DNA of 64,000 nt from a virus (lineage: Duplodnaviria; Caudoviricetes). The position numbers and the translations under genes were made by a program. Positions 9,494 to 19,525 of the stretch are shown piece after piece. The stretch's first letter is position 1; every line of letters starts with the position of its first letter. The notes under the pieces were generated by a model. That model was not told where the DNA came from and did no database searches. It saw only the letters and a program-made list of their open reading frames with translations. The stretch is from IMG/VR virus record IMGVR_UViG_3300032092_000009, positions 32,001-96,000 of that record; one strand, written 5' to 3'.

Positions 9494-12400
9494 ATGGCAA
9501 ACGAATTTAAAGTCAAAAACGGTCTTATAGTAGTAGGTGACCTAACCACATCGGGAACTATTACTATTAATGGAGCTCTTGCAGCTACACAATCTTGGGT
9601 TTCATCTCAAAGTTATTTAACATCTGCTAACTTAAGCTCATATGCTACTCAGTCTTATGTGACTAGTGCAATAGCTTCTCTAGTAAACTCAGCTCCTGCA
9701 GCGTTAGATACGCTTAATGAACTAGCAGCGGCTTTAGGCAATGATGCTAGTTTCTCGACAACTGTTACAAACAGTATAGCTTCTAAGCTTTCGCTTTCTG
9801 GGGGTACAATGACAGGTCAGATACTATTTCAAACAGCCTCTCTAACTAACGGATTTAGATGGAATGTAAATAGTGATGCTGCAGGTATTACATTTAAAAA
9901 TACGGGAGACGGAGATAACAACTCTTACTTTAACTTCTTTACAGAAGATAACGGTAATGAGTACTTTAAGTTTAGTCATAATACTTGGAACATTGGATCA
10001 TTTGACTTTATGGACGTTAAGAACGGTGTTGTTCGTACTAACGGGGACATCTATGTTAACGCTTCTCAAAGTGGAACAAGGTCTGCAGGTACTAACGAAC
10101 TAATTAACGGAAGTAGAGTTTGGCATTCTGGAGACTTCTCTTCAACTAATATATCAAACTGGAATACTGCCTATTCATGGGGTAATCATGCAGGACTTTA
10201 TGCGGCTTCCAGTCATACACATTCTGCTACAGATATAACTTCAGGTACTATTTCTTCTGCTAGATTGTCTGGATCATATGCCATAGATATCAGTGGTCTT
10301 TCCTCAAGTTCTAATACTTTAACAAGAGAAGATAACAGAACAATCTCACCCAGTGAGTTAGCAGCAGGACAATTAAAGTTTGGATTTACTTCCTGGACAA
10401 ACGACAATGGTGGACCTTATGCAGACTTCTTGCACTTACGTTCATATACAGATGCTTCTGGTGGGGACGATAACTTAGTTATGTTTAAGAAGTCAGGTAT
10501 TGGTATGCGTATCTGGCAACAAACTTGGGGTAGTACTACTCCTTATTCTTCTTATGCAGATGTATGGACTACAGTAAACTTTACCCAAACAAACGTAAAT
10601 AACTGGAATACCTCATATGGTTGGGGGAATCATGCCTCGGCAGGTTATGTTTCTACCTCAGGTTCTTATGCTAACCCATCTTGGATTACTTCTCTAGCTT
10701 ATTCTAAAATAACAGGAGTTCCAGCATTCTTAACTGCTGAGTCCGATACTTTAAACTCAGTTGCAACTAGAGGAAATACTACTGGTAATGCAATTACAGC
10801 AGGTGGGTTAAATTCTACTGCTGATTACTCTTTACAAGTTGATTCTGGATCTACAAACGTAAGAATGGGTAGATTTAAATTTATCCGTTCCACATATAAT
10901 CCTACAGGAGTATCAGCTTCTATTGACTTTTGGAGAGGCGGAAGTGCTTACGAAGGAATGCTTGCTTTTTCTACTAATGGAGGTACAATAGGTGACACTT
11001 CAGTAGAAAGAATGCGTATTACAGACACAGGTAATGTGGGTATCGGTACGTCAAATCCAAGTGTAAAGTTAGATGTTGCAGGAAATGCAAGTTTTGGAGC
11101 AAGTCAACTTTTTAAAATAACAGATAATGGAAGTGGAAATTTTGTCTTAGGAGGTGCTACTGTTAATACATATATTGACGGTGTTACTTTTAGGGTAAGA
11201 AACTCTACTGGGGATGTAACTGTATATGCTGATGGTACTACTAATAGAGTAGGAATTGGAACTACTAGTCCTTCTCAAAAACTAGAAGTTAATGGAAATA
11301 TTGGAGTACCATATACAGGATATTTAATATCTACAACTGATACAGGAAATTCAATACAACTGCATAATGGAAGTGGTGTAATGAATTTTTATACCAATGG
11401 ATCTATTAGATTAAGTGTAGCATATTCTAGTGGTAACGTTGGTATTGGCACAACAAGTCCAACTGCTCCATTAGATACAAATGGTGTTAGATTAGGTAGA
11501 AACTGGGCAATTGCAAATCGTGCCAACATTAGGTTAGACTCTAATGGCCCAGACTATCCAGCTGATATTCTATTTGGACACACTGCAGCGGCTAATCAAA
11601 CTAGTTGGGATGGTGTTTATTGGTCCATTTCCTCTAGAGCCTCAAGCCTTAGCAATGCATTTACTATTTGGAGAGGAGCGGGTAATCCAGGAGGTGGTAG
11701 TGAAGAGATTTTGTTTACTATTTTACCAAATGGTAATGTAGGTATAGGTACTAGCACTCCTCAGGTTAAATTAGATGTTAATGGTGCTTTAGGTATTGTA
11801 GGAAGTAACTTTATATATTTTGGACACACCACAGGAAATATAGGAGCGTGGACTACAAGACAATATTCTAGTGGATCTACTCATAAGTTTAATGCTCAGA
11901 CTTTTGTATTTAATAATGAAGGTTATGGTTCTTATGAACACATGGCATTAACTGCTAATGGATTAAATTTAAGAGCAAAAAATACAATTGATTCAACCGA
12001 TTCTTGGTTAAGACTTAACCAAAGTGGAGATTATGGTTCTGGTGTATACACTCCAGGATTAATGAGAGCTGATGGAGGTTTCTACGTAAGTGGAAGTACA
12101 GTGTGGCATGCAAGTAATGACGGAAGCGGAAGTGGATTAGATGCTGATTTACTTGATGGTAACCATGCTTCCTATTTTATTAATACTTCAAACATTGGGT
12201 CTCAGAGTGTTAGTTATGCTAGTAGTTCAGGTAGTGCAACTAACTCAACTAACACATACAGAGCTTTTATAGAAGATACTCGTGCAGCTGAAAGAACTCC
12301 TAGTGACTACGATGACTATAAAGTAAGTTGGGAATTTACTAACCAGATTCCTGGTTTAAATTATAGTGGTACTTCTTGGTGGTCAGCAATGACTATGCAA

Positions 12401-13354
12401 GGATGGCACAATGGATATTCTGCTTGGCAAATTATAGGGTCAGCCTCTTCTGCAATAGATGATTTCTATTTGCGTGCAGGTAATAATACTACTTGGAATA
12501 CTGCTCGCAGAATTTGGCATAGTGGTGATTTTACTTCAACCAATGTAAGTAATTGGAACACAGCCTTTGGGTGGGGAAATCACGCTTCTGCTGGGTATGC
12601 TACTACATCTTATGTAACAACTCAAATCAACAACTTAATTGCAGGAGCACCAGGAGTACTAGATACACTAGATGAATTGGCTGCTGCATTAGGAGATGAT
12701 TCAAACTTTGCTACTACAGTAACTAATAGTATTGCAGGAAAAGTAAGTAAGAGTGGAGATACCATTACAGGTAACTTAAACGTAGTTGGGAACATTTACT
12801 CTACTACATCTTTAGGTGTAATCTTAAACTCTGCGGATGCTCCTCTTATTACTAGGGGATGGGATTCATTTACTTCTGGAGCCTATAATGGAGTTGGTAG
12901 ATGGGGATTATTTATGGAACCTTCTACCTTAGTACTAGGTACTCCTAACATTGCAGGAAACGGACAAGTTGCTTTTAGGCGATTTAATGCAGATGGTACA
13001 AGTGTCACTACTTTACTGGTAAATAGTGTAGGAACTACAATCTATGGAAATCTAACTGTAGGTGGAACTATTACAGAAAACTCTTCTATTAAATTAAAAG
13101 AAAACGTAGAAACAAGTGAGGGAAATTTGGAAAAGGTAGTAAATTTGAGACCAGTCACTTACAATAAGATAGGATCTGAAACTACAGAACTAGGACTTAT
13201 TGCAGAAGAAGTTGCTCAAGTATATCCAGAGTTTGTACAGTACGATGAGAATGGAGAGCCTATAGGGGTTCACTACTCACGCTTAACGGCTGCCCTTATT
13301 GGTGCAGTTAAACAATTAACAAAACGAATCGAAACATTAGAAAACAATGGCTAA
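9494..13354 (+). CDS. Tail fibre/spike with C-terminal intramolecular chaperone (peptidase S74 type), 1286 aa
   Basis: Two AP..LDTL.ELAAALG.D..F.TTV fibre repeats, DGSGSGLDADLLDG motif, VGIGT.P repeats, C-terminal SSIKLKENV..LRPVTY..LGLIAEEV..YPEFV..YSRLTAALIGAVKQL. Confidence 0.9.
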   Translation: MANEFKVKNGLIVVGDLTTSGTITINGALAATQSWVSSQSYLTSANLSSYATQSYVTSAIASLVNSAPAALDTLNELAAALGNDASFSTTVTNSIASKLSLSGGTMTGQILFQTASLTNGFRWNVNSDAAGITFKNTGDGDNNSYFNFFTEDNGNEYFKFSHNTWNIGSFDFMDVKNGVVRTNGDIYVNASQSGTRSAGTNELINGSRVWHSGDFSSTNISNWNTAYSWGNHAGLYAASSHTHSATDITSGTISSARLSGSYAIDISGLSSSSNTLTREDNRTISPSELAAGQLKFGFTSWTNDNGGPYADFLHLRSYTDASGGDDNLVMFKKSGIGMRIWQQTWGSTTPYSSYADVWTTVNFTQTNVNNWNTSYGWGNHASAGYVSTSGSYANPSWITSLAYSKITGVPAFLTAESDTLNSVATRGNTTGNAITAGGLNSTADYSLQVDSGSTNVRMGRFKFIRSTYNPTGVSASIDFWRGGSAYEGMLAFSTNGGTIGDTSVERMRITDTGNVGIGTSNPSVKLDVAGNASFGASQLFKITDNGSGNFVLGGATVNTYIDGVTFRVRNSTGDVTVYADGTTNRVGIGTTSPSQKLEVNGNIGVPYTGYLISTTDTGNSIQLHNGSGVMNFYTNGSIRLSVAYSSGNVGIGTTSPTAPLDTNGVRLGRNWAIANRANIRLDSNGPDYPADILFGHTAAANQTSWDGVYWSISSRASSLSNAFTIWRGAGNPGGGSEEILFTILPNGNVGIGTSTPQVKLDVNGALGIVGSNFIYFGHTTGNIGAWTTRQYSSGSTHKFNAQTFVFNNEGYGSYEHMALTANGLNLRAKNTIDSTDSWLRLNQSGDYGSGVYTPGLMRADGGFYVSGSTVWHASNDGSGSGLDADLLDGNHASYFINTSNIGSQSVSYASSSGSATNSTNTYRAFIEDTRAAERTPSDYDDYKVSWEFTNQIPGLNYSGTSWWSAMTMQGWHNGYSAWQIIGSASSAIDDFYLRAGNNTTWNTARRIWHSGDFTSTNVSNWNTAFGWGNHASAGYATTSYVTTQINNLIAGAPGVLDTLDELAAALGDDSNFATTVTNSIAGKVSKSGDTITGNLNVVGNIYSTTSLGVILNSADAPLITRGWDSFTSGAYNGVGRWGLFMEPSTLVLGTPNIAGNGQVAFRRFNADGTSVTTLLVNSVGTTIYGNLTVGGTITENSSIKLKENVETSEGNLEKVVNLRPVTYNKIGSETTELGLIAEEVAQVYPEFVQYDENGEPIGVHYSRLTAALIGAVKQLTKRIETLENNG

Positions 13355-16300
13355 TTTATTATCCAGTACCACAGTAGGCGGAAGTGCCGTAATCACAACA
13401 AGTAATATTGGGAGTTATGCAATTACCTCATTAAGCGGTTATGCAACCCAATCATGGGTTCAATCTCAGGGATATCTTACTTCTGTACCAGCTCAATCTT
13501 GGGCTAGCATTACAAGTAAACCATTTCTTCTTACACTTAACTATGACCAAGGTTCTCCGTGGGCAGGTAACACAGGAGGAAGTGGAAGGAACTTAGTTGC
13601 TTCTTTTCATGGTGCATCTGGAAACAGTGTTATCACTTTTGGTAGTGGTAACGGAGATCTTAACCTTTCTGTAGACGGTAATGTTTATGTTAACGAAGGT
13701 CAAGATATTCTAGCTTCTAGGACTTGGGTTAGTACTTCTGGAAACGCTGCTACAGCAACTACATTTTCTTCTAATAGAACTAACTATAAAAATAATACAG
13801 ACAATGCAGTAGCAGGTCAGTTAATGTGGAAAGCTTATGGTAATAACCACACTATATTTGATGCTTCTGCAAGTACAGCTCCTGATGGAACATCTGTAAA
13901 TAACACAAACTCAGCAGTAGCATGGACAGGTACCTATCCAACCTTAATGGGTTGGAATGGCAGTACTACTTATGGAGTTCGTGTAGATAGTGCAAGAGTG
14001 GCTGACACCGTAACAACTGCTCCTACTGTATATTGGAATAGTATAGTAGGAAAACCTACTGGAAATACAGGATTAGTTCAGTTTGGAGACTATATCAACC
14101 AACCGACTTTTGCTGGAAAGACTCTTACCATGCATCCTTCCACAATTAAGACCTTATTATGGGGAGGAAATGGAAGTAGGTATACCGTAACAACTTCGAC
14201 TACAGGTACTTATCCTCAAGCAGGAAGTACTTATATAGTTACTTATGAATTAATAGACGGAAGCAATTCTGTTTACTCTTCTGGAAATATCTATTGTGGG
14301 TTCTGGAATAACTGTCCTCCAACAAATATTACAGTAAGAGTACAGAATACTAGTGGAACATGGTATGGTCCATATCAAGGGTCTAATATAGGAGTAGGAT
14401 ATTTTGAGTATTGGAAAATACCTTGTGGAGGTCCTAACTTTATTAAGGCTTGGGAAATTACTTTTACTCCTACTGCTGGATGCAATGTTGCTTTAATGAC
14501 TGTTGATATTGTTATCGACAACAGTGAAGGTATTGACCAAGATCCATTTGTAAGTAGAGGAGGTTCTTCTATGCTTGGAAACTTAACTCTTTCAGGGGGA
14601 GCTACCTTAAACTTAACAGGATCTGCAAACAAAGTAATTGCTATAAATCCAGGTAACGGTTATGATGCTATGATTCGCTATAATGGAGGAAGTGGCACTA
14701 ACTGGTACGTAGGTAAGCGTAATACAAATCAACTTGTAGATAGTGCATCTTTTCATTTTTATTCCGATGCAGCAGGTCAAACTGTAGCAGGTATTGATAC
14801 ATCAGGAAACTCTTTTGCTATAGGTTCATTTAGGGCGCCTGTGTTCTATGATTCAAATGACACTAATTACTACGGTAACTTTAATGGCACTTCAGTAGTA
14901 AATTCTATTCGTTTTGGTACCTCAACAAATAACTCGACTTTTTCTGGAGACGGTGCTTGGGGAATTAAATTGTATAATGATAATGGATATATACAATTTG
15001 GTCCTGCAAATACTAGTCATGCGCATATCTATACAGACAGAGCCAACTTCTATTTTAACAAAGACATTCTAATAAATGGTAACTCAGTAATTACTACATC
15101 AACTATTGGTTCACAAACTGCAGGTTCAGTTACAGGATTGACTTTAACTAGTTCTGCAAATAATCTTAACCCAGATAACGTAACTCAGAATCAAATTGGA
15201 TATAATACATCTGTAAGTCTATTTGGACAAACGGATGGGGGTCTTTATTCTTCTGCATATAGTTCTAGTTGGATTCATCAGATTTATGGTGATTTTAGAA
15301 GTGGACAAATTGCAGTAAGGGGAAAAAATAATGGAACATGGCAATCTTGGAGAACCATCCTAGATAGCGGTAACTACACAAGTTACTCTCCCTCCCTTAC
15401 AGGCAGTGGGGCTAGTGGTACCTGGGGAATCAGCATTACTGGTAACTCTGCTTATGCTACAAATAGCACTAGGTTGTATGCTTCCGACTCTCCATATACT
15501 TATGGTGGAGCAGCACCTTACTATATGTATATGAACTACGATGGAGGTAGTTACTGGGAACTCAAAGTTTCTCCTGCTACTCCAGGTGCTGTAAGAGTTG
15601 CTTACTCAAACAATTCTGGAGCTGTAGGTAATATTGATGTATCTCGAATTGTTTATGGAGATGGAGCAAGAGGTAGATCTACAAGTAAGATAGGCGGAAA
15701 TGCTAATACTTCTGATTCTTCAAATTCTTCTGGATTTTATTTTGGAAACGCTGTTGCAGGTATGCCTAGTACAGACTGGTGGAATTGGTTAACTGTAGCA
15801 GGAAATTCTTGGTCAGGAGGAGACGGTTATGCTTATCAAATGGCTGGTTCTTTCTGGGGTGACGACTTCAGATTAAGACGTATGACTAGTGGGACTTGGA
15901 ATTCTTGGTTAACAATTATTCATTCTGGAAATATAGGTTCTCAATCCGTAAACTATGCAACTACTGCAGGGGCACTTAGTTCGATGAACATTTCCCAGTT
16001 CAGTAATAATTCAGGCTATTTAACAGGAATAACGTCAGGACAAGTAACAGGAGCTTTAGGATATACTCCGTATAACTCTAGTAACCCTAATGGATATATA
16101 ACCTCATCAGGAAGTATTAGTGGTAATGCAGCTACGGCTACAACTGCAAATGCTTTAACCAGTATGAACATTTCTCAGTTTACTAATAACTCTGGATACC
16201 TTACTTCCCTTCCTTCACATAATCATGATGATAGATACTACACAGAATCAGAGATTGATTCTCAGATAAGTGGAAGACTATATCAAGCTTCTGTTAATAC

Positions 16301-18041
16301 TTTTGACTTTAATGCTTTTAACGGAACTGGTTTATATAGAGGCTCAACAGGTAGTTGGAGTAATAGACCACCTTCAGGACATAATGGAGGAGCTGTCTTA
16401 CAGATAGACACCCATCCTGGAAACTACCACTCTCAATTGTATTTTGACACAGGGGCAGAGAGACTCTACTTCCGAAATGCTAATGCAGGAACTTGGGGAA
16501 ACTGGTTGACTGTACTTCATAGTAGTAACTTTAACTTATACTCTCCTAGCCTAACGGGAAGTAATGCTAGTGGAACATGGAATATCAATGTAACTGGAAG
16601 TGCAGGATCAGTAGCATGGACTAACGTAAGTTCTCGCCCTACTGCTTTATCTCAATTTACCAACGATCTAGGCAACCTATCTTCAACAGGTGGTACAATA
16701 ACTGGTGACTTAAACCTACAGTATAGTTATCCTCGTATTAATTTTTATGATACAGACAATGACTCTGATTACTCTTTAATTAATAATAATGGTAACTTTA
16801 GTCTTTACGACATTAATAACAACGTTCATCGTTTTGTAGTCTTAGCTGGGGGAAATGTAGGAATCAATACTACTAGTCCTGCTAACTTACTTACCGTTAA
16901 CGGCAGTACAAGAATTGTTACTCATGCCCAGCAAGGTCTATTTGGCTATGATGATCCTACAGGAGGATCTTTTATCTGGTCGATAACTAGATATACAGAC
17001 GGAGATGGTAACGATTTAAATATTAATGCTTTAGCAGGTTTTGCAGTAAAAACAGGAGCTAGTTCTCTTACCAATAGTGGACACCAGTTTTATATAAACT
17101 CAAGTGGAAACGTAGGTATAGGAACCAGACTACCTGTAGGTCAATTAAATGTATTCGGTGGAACAGGTAATAACGCTGCTATCTTAACTCTTCAATCTCA
17201 GTCTGGAGGAAACGGTAACACGGGTATTTATTTTAGGCCTTATCAAAATGAAACTTTTGCTAATAGTGCAGAAGCCCAAGCAGCTATTTTGGCTCAAGAT
17301 GCTAGTTACTCTGCACATATTAAATTCCTAACCAAGGTTCCTGGCTCAGGTACAAACTCTTTAACAGAGAGAATGCGTCTTACTAGTACAGGTAATCTTC
17401 TGATAGGTACTACTACAGATAACGGATTTAAGTTAACTGTAAGCGGAACTGCTAACATTACGAACAATGTTAAGGTAGGATCAAATACTTTTGTTGTAGA
17501 TACTGTAAACAATAGAGTTGGTATCGGAGGAAGTGCTACACCATCCTACACTCTTGAGGTATTAGGTAAAGGCTTTTTTAACGAACAAGTTATTATTGCA
17601 AATGGTGAGGGTCTTTCTCTCTTGAATAATAATGTTCAGATTAAACCACCTGTAATAAACTCACTAGGTTTCTATACTGGCACAAGTGGTGCTAATGAAA
17701 GGATGCGTATCACTCCTTCAGGTAATGTAGGAATTAATACAACAAGTCCAACTACTCTTTTAAATATTAAGGGTACCAGTACTACATCAGCTCTTGCTTC
17801 TTTTAAGGTAGAAAATTTTTCAGGAGATCCTGGAATTATTGTAAATGATGCAGGTAACTTGTTAGTAGGAACAGCTTCTGATTCAGGAAATAGATTAGAG
17901 GTAAATGGAACAGTTAATGCAACTGGATATAAACTTAATGGAGTAACAGGTTATACAGGAATGGTTACTATACAACAAGCACCTCCGATGCCTCCTATAA
18001 CTTTTGATATTCAGAATGGTATAATCATGAGCGTCACCTAA
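13347..18041 (+). CDS. Tail fibre protein, 1564 aa
   Basis: Overlaps the upstream stop. HNHDDRYYTESE motif, three knob-like modules ending G(T)W..W..I(L/I/H).S.N, two YSPSLTGS.ASGTW.I..TG repeats, GNVGI(N/G)T repeats. Confidence 0.85.
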   Translation: MANLLSSTTVGGSAVITTSNIGSYAITSLSGYATQSWVQSQGYLTSVPAQSWASITSKPFLLTLNYDQGSPWAGNTGGSGRNLVASFHGASGNSVITFGSGNGDLNLSVDGNVYVNEGQDILASRTWVSTSGNAATATTFSSNRTNYKNNTDNAVAGQLMWKAYGNNHTIFDASASTAPDGTSVNNTNSAVAWTGTYPTLMGWNGSTTYGVRVDSARVADTVTTAPTVYWNSIVGKPTGNTGLVQFGDYINQPTFAGKTLTMHPSTIKTLLWGGNGSRYTVTTSTTGTYPQAGSTYIVTYELIDGSNSVYSSGNIYCGFWNNCPPTNITVRVQNTSGTWYGPYQGSNIGVGYFEYWKIPCGGPNFIKAWEITFTPTAGCNVALMTVDIVIDNSEGIDQDPFVSRGGSSMLGNLTLSGGATLNLTGSANKVIAINPGNGYDAMIRYNGGSGTNWYVGKRNTNQLVDSASFHFYSDAAGQTVAGIDTSGNSFAIGSFRAPVFYDSNDTNYYGNFNGTSVVNSIRFGTSTNNSTFSGDGAWGIKLYNDNGYIQFGPANTSHAHIYTDRANFYFNKDILINGNSVITTSTIGSQTAGSVTGLTLTSSANNLNPDNVTQNQIGYNTSVSLFGQTDGGLYSSAYSSSWIHQIYGDFRSGQIAVRGKNNGTWQSWRTILDSGNYTSYSPSLTGSGASGTWGISITGNSAYATNSTRLYASDSPYTYGGAAPYYMYMNYDGGSYWELKVSPATPGAVRVAYSNNSGAVGNIDVSRIVYGDGARGRSTSKIGGNANTSDSSNSSGFYFGNAVAGMPSTDWWNWLTVAGNSWSGGDGYAYQMAGSFWGDDFRLRRMTSGTWNSWLTIIHSGNIGSQSVNYATTAGALSSMNISQFSNNSGYLTGITSGQVTGALGYTPYNSSNPNGYITSSGSISGNAATATTANALTSMNISQFTNNSGYLTSLPSHNHDDRYYTESEIDSQISGRLYQASVNTFDFNAFNGTGLYRGSTGSWSNRPPSGHNGGAVLQIDTHPGNYHSQLYFDTGAERLYFRNANAGTWGNWLTVLHSSNFNLYSPSLTGSNASGTWNINVTGSAGSVAWTNVSSRPTALSQFTNDLGNLSSTGGTITGDLNLQYSYPRINFYDTDNDSDYSLINNNGNFSLYDINNNVHRFVVLAGGNVGINTTSPANLLTVNGSTRIVTHAQQGLFGYDDPTGGSFIWSITRYTDGDGNDLNINALAGFAVKTGASSLTNSGHQFYINSSGNVGIGTRLPVGQLNVFGGTGNNAAILTLQSQSGGNGNTGIYFRPYQNETFANSAEAQAAILAQDASYSAHIKFLTKVPGSGTNSLTERMRLTSTGNLLIGTTTDNGFKLTVSGTANITNNVKVGSNTFVVDTVNNRVGIGGSATPSYTLEVLGKGFFNEQVIIANGEGLSLLNNNVQIKPPVINSLGFYTGTSGANERMRITPSGNVGINTTSPTTLLNIKGTSTTSALASFKVENFSGDPGIIVNDAGNLLVGTASDSGNRLEVNGTVNATGYKLNGVTGYTGMVTIQQAPPMPPITFDIQNGIIMSVT

Positions 18042-18049
18042 GCTACTAC

Positions 18050-18079
18050 TTGACAAAATAACTAATAACATTATATTTG
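18050..18079 (+). promoter_or_regulatory. Bacteroidota-type promoter
   Basis: TTG 18050-18052, N19, TATATTTG 18072-18079. Confidence 0.75.
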
Positions 18080-18115
18080 TAATGTATACAAAACTAAAAT
18101 TATAATTTTACAACA

Positions 18116-18619
18116 ATGGCACTTAAAATCACAAAAAGCATTGGTACCGATAAAGGTATTACCAATGAGGCATACATCCGTATTGCCGACTACCAAATTT
18201 CTAAAACTGGTAACGCTAACTTCCGTATCCAGATTTACTTGAACGAAGCAGACGCTACTCCTAACGTTTCTATGGGTCCTTCAGGTGTTGAGCAAGCACG
18301 TAACCAACAAATTGGTGAGTACTTGTCTGTATCCTTGACTAAGCAAGTAGAAGAAGTTAAGACTCGTACTATGATGCGTCCAGTTGAAGTAGATGTAGTT
18401 AAGACTCGCACTATCACCAACGAAGAGGGTGAAGAAGTAACCGAAGAATACACTGTAAAAGAATACGTGACTGAAGAAGTTACTGAAGAGTACACTGTTA
18501 CAAACACAGTTCCTGATCTATCTTCCGCAGAAGGTGTTGACATTTTTGCATTTGGCTATAGCCACTTGAAAGCCAAACTTGTCAGTTTGTTTACTGCTGG
18601 TAAGGTAGAAGACTGTTAA
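18116..18619 (+). CDS. Probable tail fibre assembly/chaperone protein, 167 aa
   Basis: Follows the fibre genes; AY.RI N-terminus, Y.HLK C-terminus, acidic EEVTEEYTV repeat insert. Function inferred from position. Confidence 0.5.
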   Translation: MALKITKSIGTDKGITNEAYIRIADYQISKTGNANFRIQIYLNEADATPNVSMGPSGVEQARNQQIGEYLSVSLTKQVEEVKTRTMMRPVEVDVVKTRTITNEEGEEVTEEYTVKEYVTEEVTEEYTVTNTVPDLSSAEGVDIFAFGYSHLKAKLVSLFTAGKVEDC

Positions 18620-18652
18620 TTTGGCAGGATTTATAAAAAAGCATTATATTTG
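18620..18652 (+). promoter_or_regulatory. Bacteroidota-type promoter
   Basis: TTTG 18620-18623, N21, TATATTTG 18645-18652. Confidence 0.65.
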
Positions 18653-18677
18653 CATAAACCAACTAAACATATAAATC

Positions 18678-18977
18678 ATGGCTACTAAATTAACTGAACA
18701 AGAAATCGAAGCAATCAAAGGCTTCCAGCAAAAGACTCAAAACGTAATTATGGATTTGGGTAAGATCGAACTTCAAATGAATGACTTGCTTTCTGTAAAA
18801 GAGAAGGTAAAAGAAGCAATGGCAGAAGTAGTAAAAGAACAGAATGAGTTCTTCCAGACTATCGAAGCTAGCTACGGTAAAGGTCAAATCAATTTGGATT
18901 CATTTGAATTTATTCCTGCTGAAGCACCTGTTGATGAAACTCCTGTAGTTCCTTTTACTCAGGCAGAAGTATTGTAA
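18678..18977 (+). CDS. Small acidic coiled-coil protein, 99 aa (possible fibre chaperone)
   Basis: Heptad-like Q/E/K/L pattern, YGKGQINLDS end, own promoter and terminator. Confidence 0.6.
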   Translation: MATKLTEQEIEAIKGFQQKTQNVIMDLGKIELQMNDLLSVKEKVKEAMAEVVKEQNEFFQTIEASYGKGQINLDSFEFIPAEAPVDETPVVPFTQAEVL

Positions 18978-18996
18978 TTTAACTTTATTTCATAAA

Positions 18997-19028
18997 GACC
19001 CTCAGAGAAATCTGGGGGTTTTTTGTTT
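18997..19028 (+). terminator. Intrinsic terminator
   Basis: GACCCTCAGA-GAAA-TCTGGGGGTT hairpin followed by a T tract. Confidence 0.85.
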
Positions 19029-19041
19029 TATAGCCAACTAG

Positions 19042-19071
19042 TTGACTTATTTTTTTAAAGTTTTATCTTTG
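19042..19071 (+). promoter_or_regulatory. Bacteroidota-type promoter for the lysis/exported-protein operon
   Basis: TTG 19042-19044, N19, TATCTTTG 19064-19071. Confidence 0.7.
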
Positions 19072-19125
19072 CCCATAACCAACCTTTTCTCACTTAAGTA
19101 CCGTTTATGAAAGTCCGAAGTTGCT

Positions 19126-19242
19126 TTGAACATCCTTTCAGATATCACTGTGCTAGTGAGTTTAACTGTTTTTCTCACTGTCCTGCTTTCTAAGTGGGCC
19201 ATAGAAGACATTATTAAATTTTTAAGAAATAAAAAAAGGTAA
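19126..19242 (+). CDS. Possible 38 aa single-TM peptide (not in ORF track)
   Basis: TTG start; (M)NILSDITVLVSLTVFLTVLLSKWAIEDIIKFLRNKKR; stop 4 nt before the next ATG. Confidence 0.4.
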   Translation: MNILSDITVLVSLTVFLTVLLSKWAIEDIIKFLRNKKR

Positions 19243-19246
19243 CTAT

Positions 19247-19495
19247 ATGAAACTATTAAACTTTATTGGCGGACTCTTCAAAGATGAGAAGGGTGTTGTC
19301 TCCATGAAACGCTTGTGCGGATTAGTATGCACAGCTACACTATGCGCTACATTGTACGCTAACTCTTTTACTGAAGCTCACTTTGCTCCTTCTGTTCCTT
19401 TGGTGGATGCGGTTGCTTTGTTGGCTTTTGGTTGTCTAGGTTTGACTTCTGTTGAGAAAATCATGAAGAAGCCAGAAGCACCTAGCGAAGACTAA
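19247..19495 (+). CDS. Putative holin, 82 aa
   Basis: Two hydrophobic helices, S.KR motif, charged C-terminus, directly upstream of the endolysin-like gene. Confidence 0.6.
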   Translation: MKLLNFIGGLFKDEKGVVSMKRLCGLVCTATLCATLYANSFTEAHFAPSVPLVDAVALLAFGCLGLTSVEKIMKKPEAPSED

Positions 19496-19500
19496 TTTAC

Positions 19501-19521
19501 TATAAACTATAAACTATAAAC
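19501..19521 (+). repeat. Tandem repeat (TATAAAC)x3
   Basis: Three exact 7-mers just upstream of ATG 19526. Confidence 0.8.
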
Positions 19522-19525
19522 AACT

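Noticed and set aside
2269-18041. Diversity-generating retroelement or shufflon acting on fibres
   Set aside because: No reverse transcriptase or invertase in the window; the repeats I compared differ at synonymous positions rather than only at adenines; no inverted cassettes seen.
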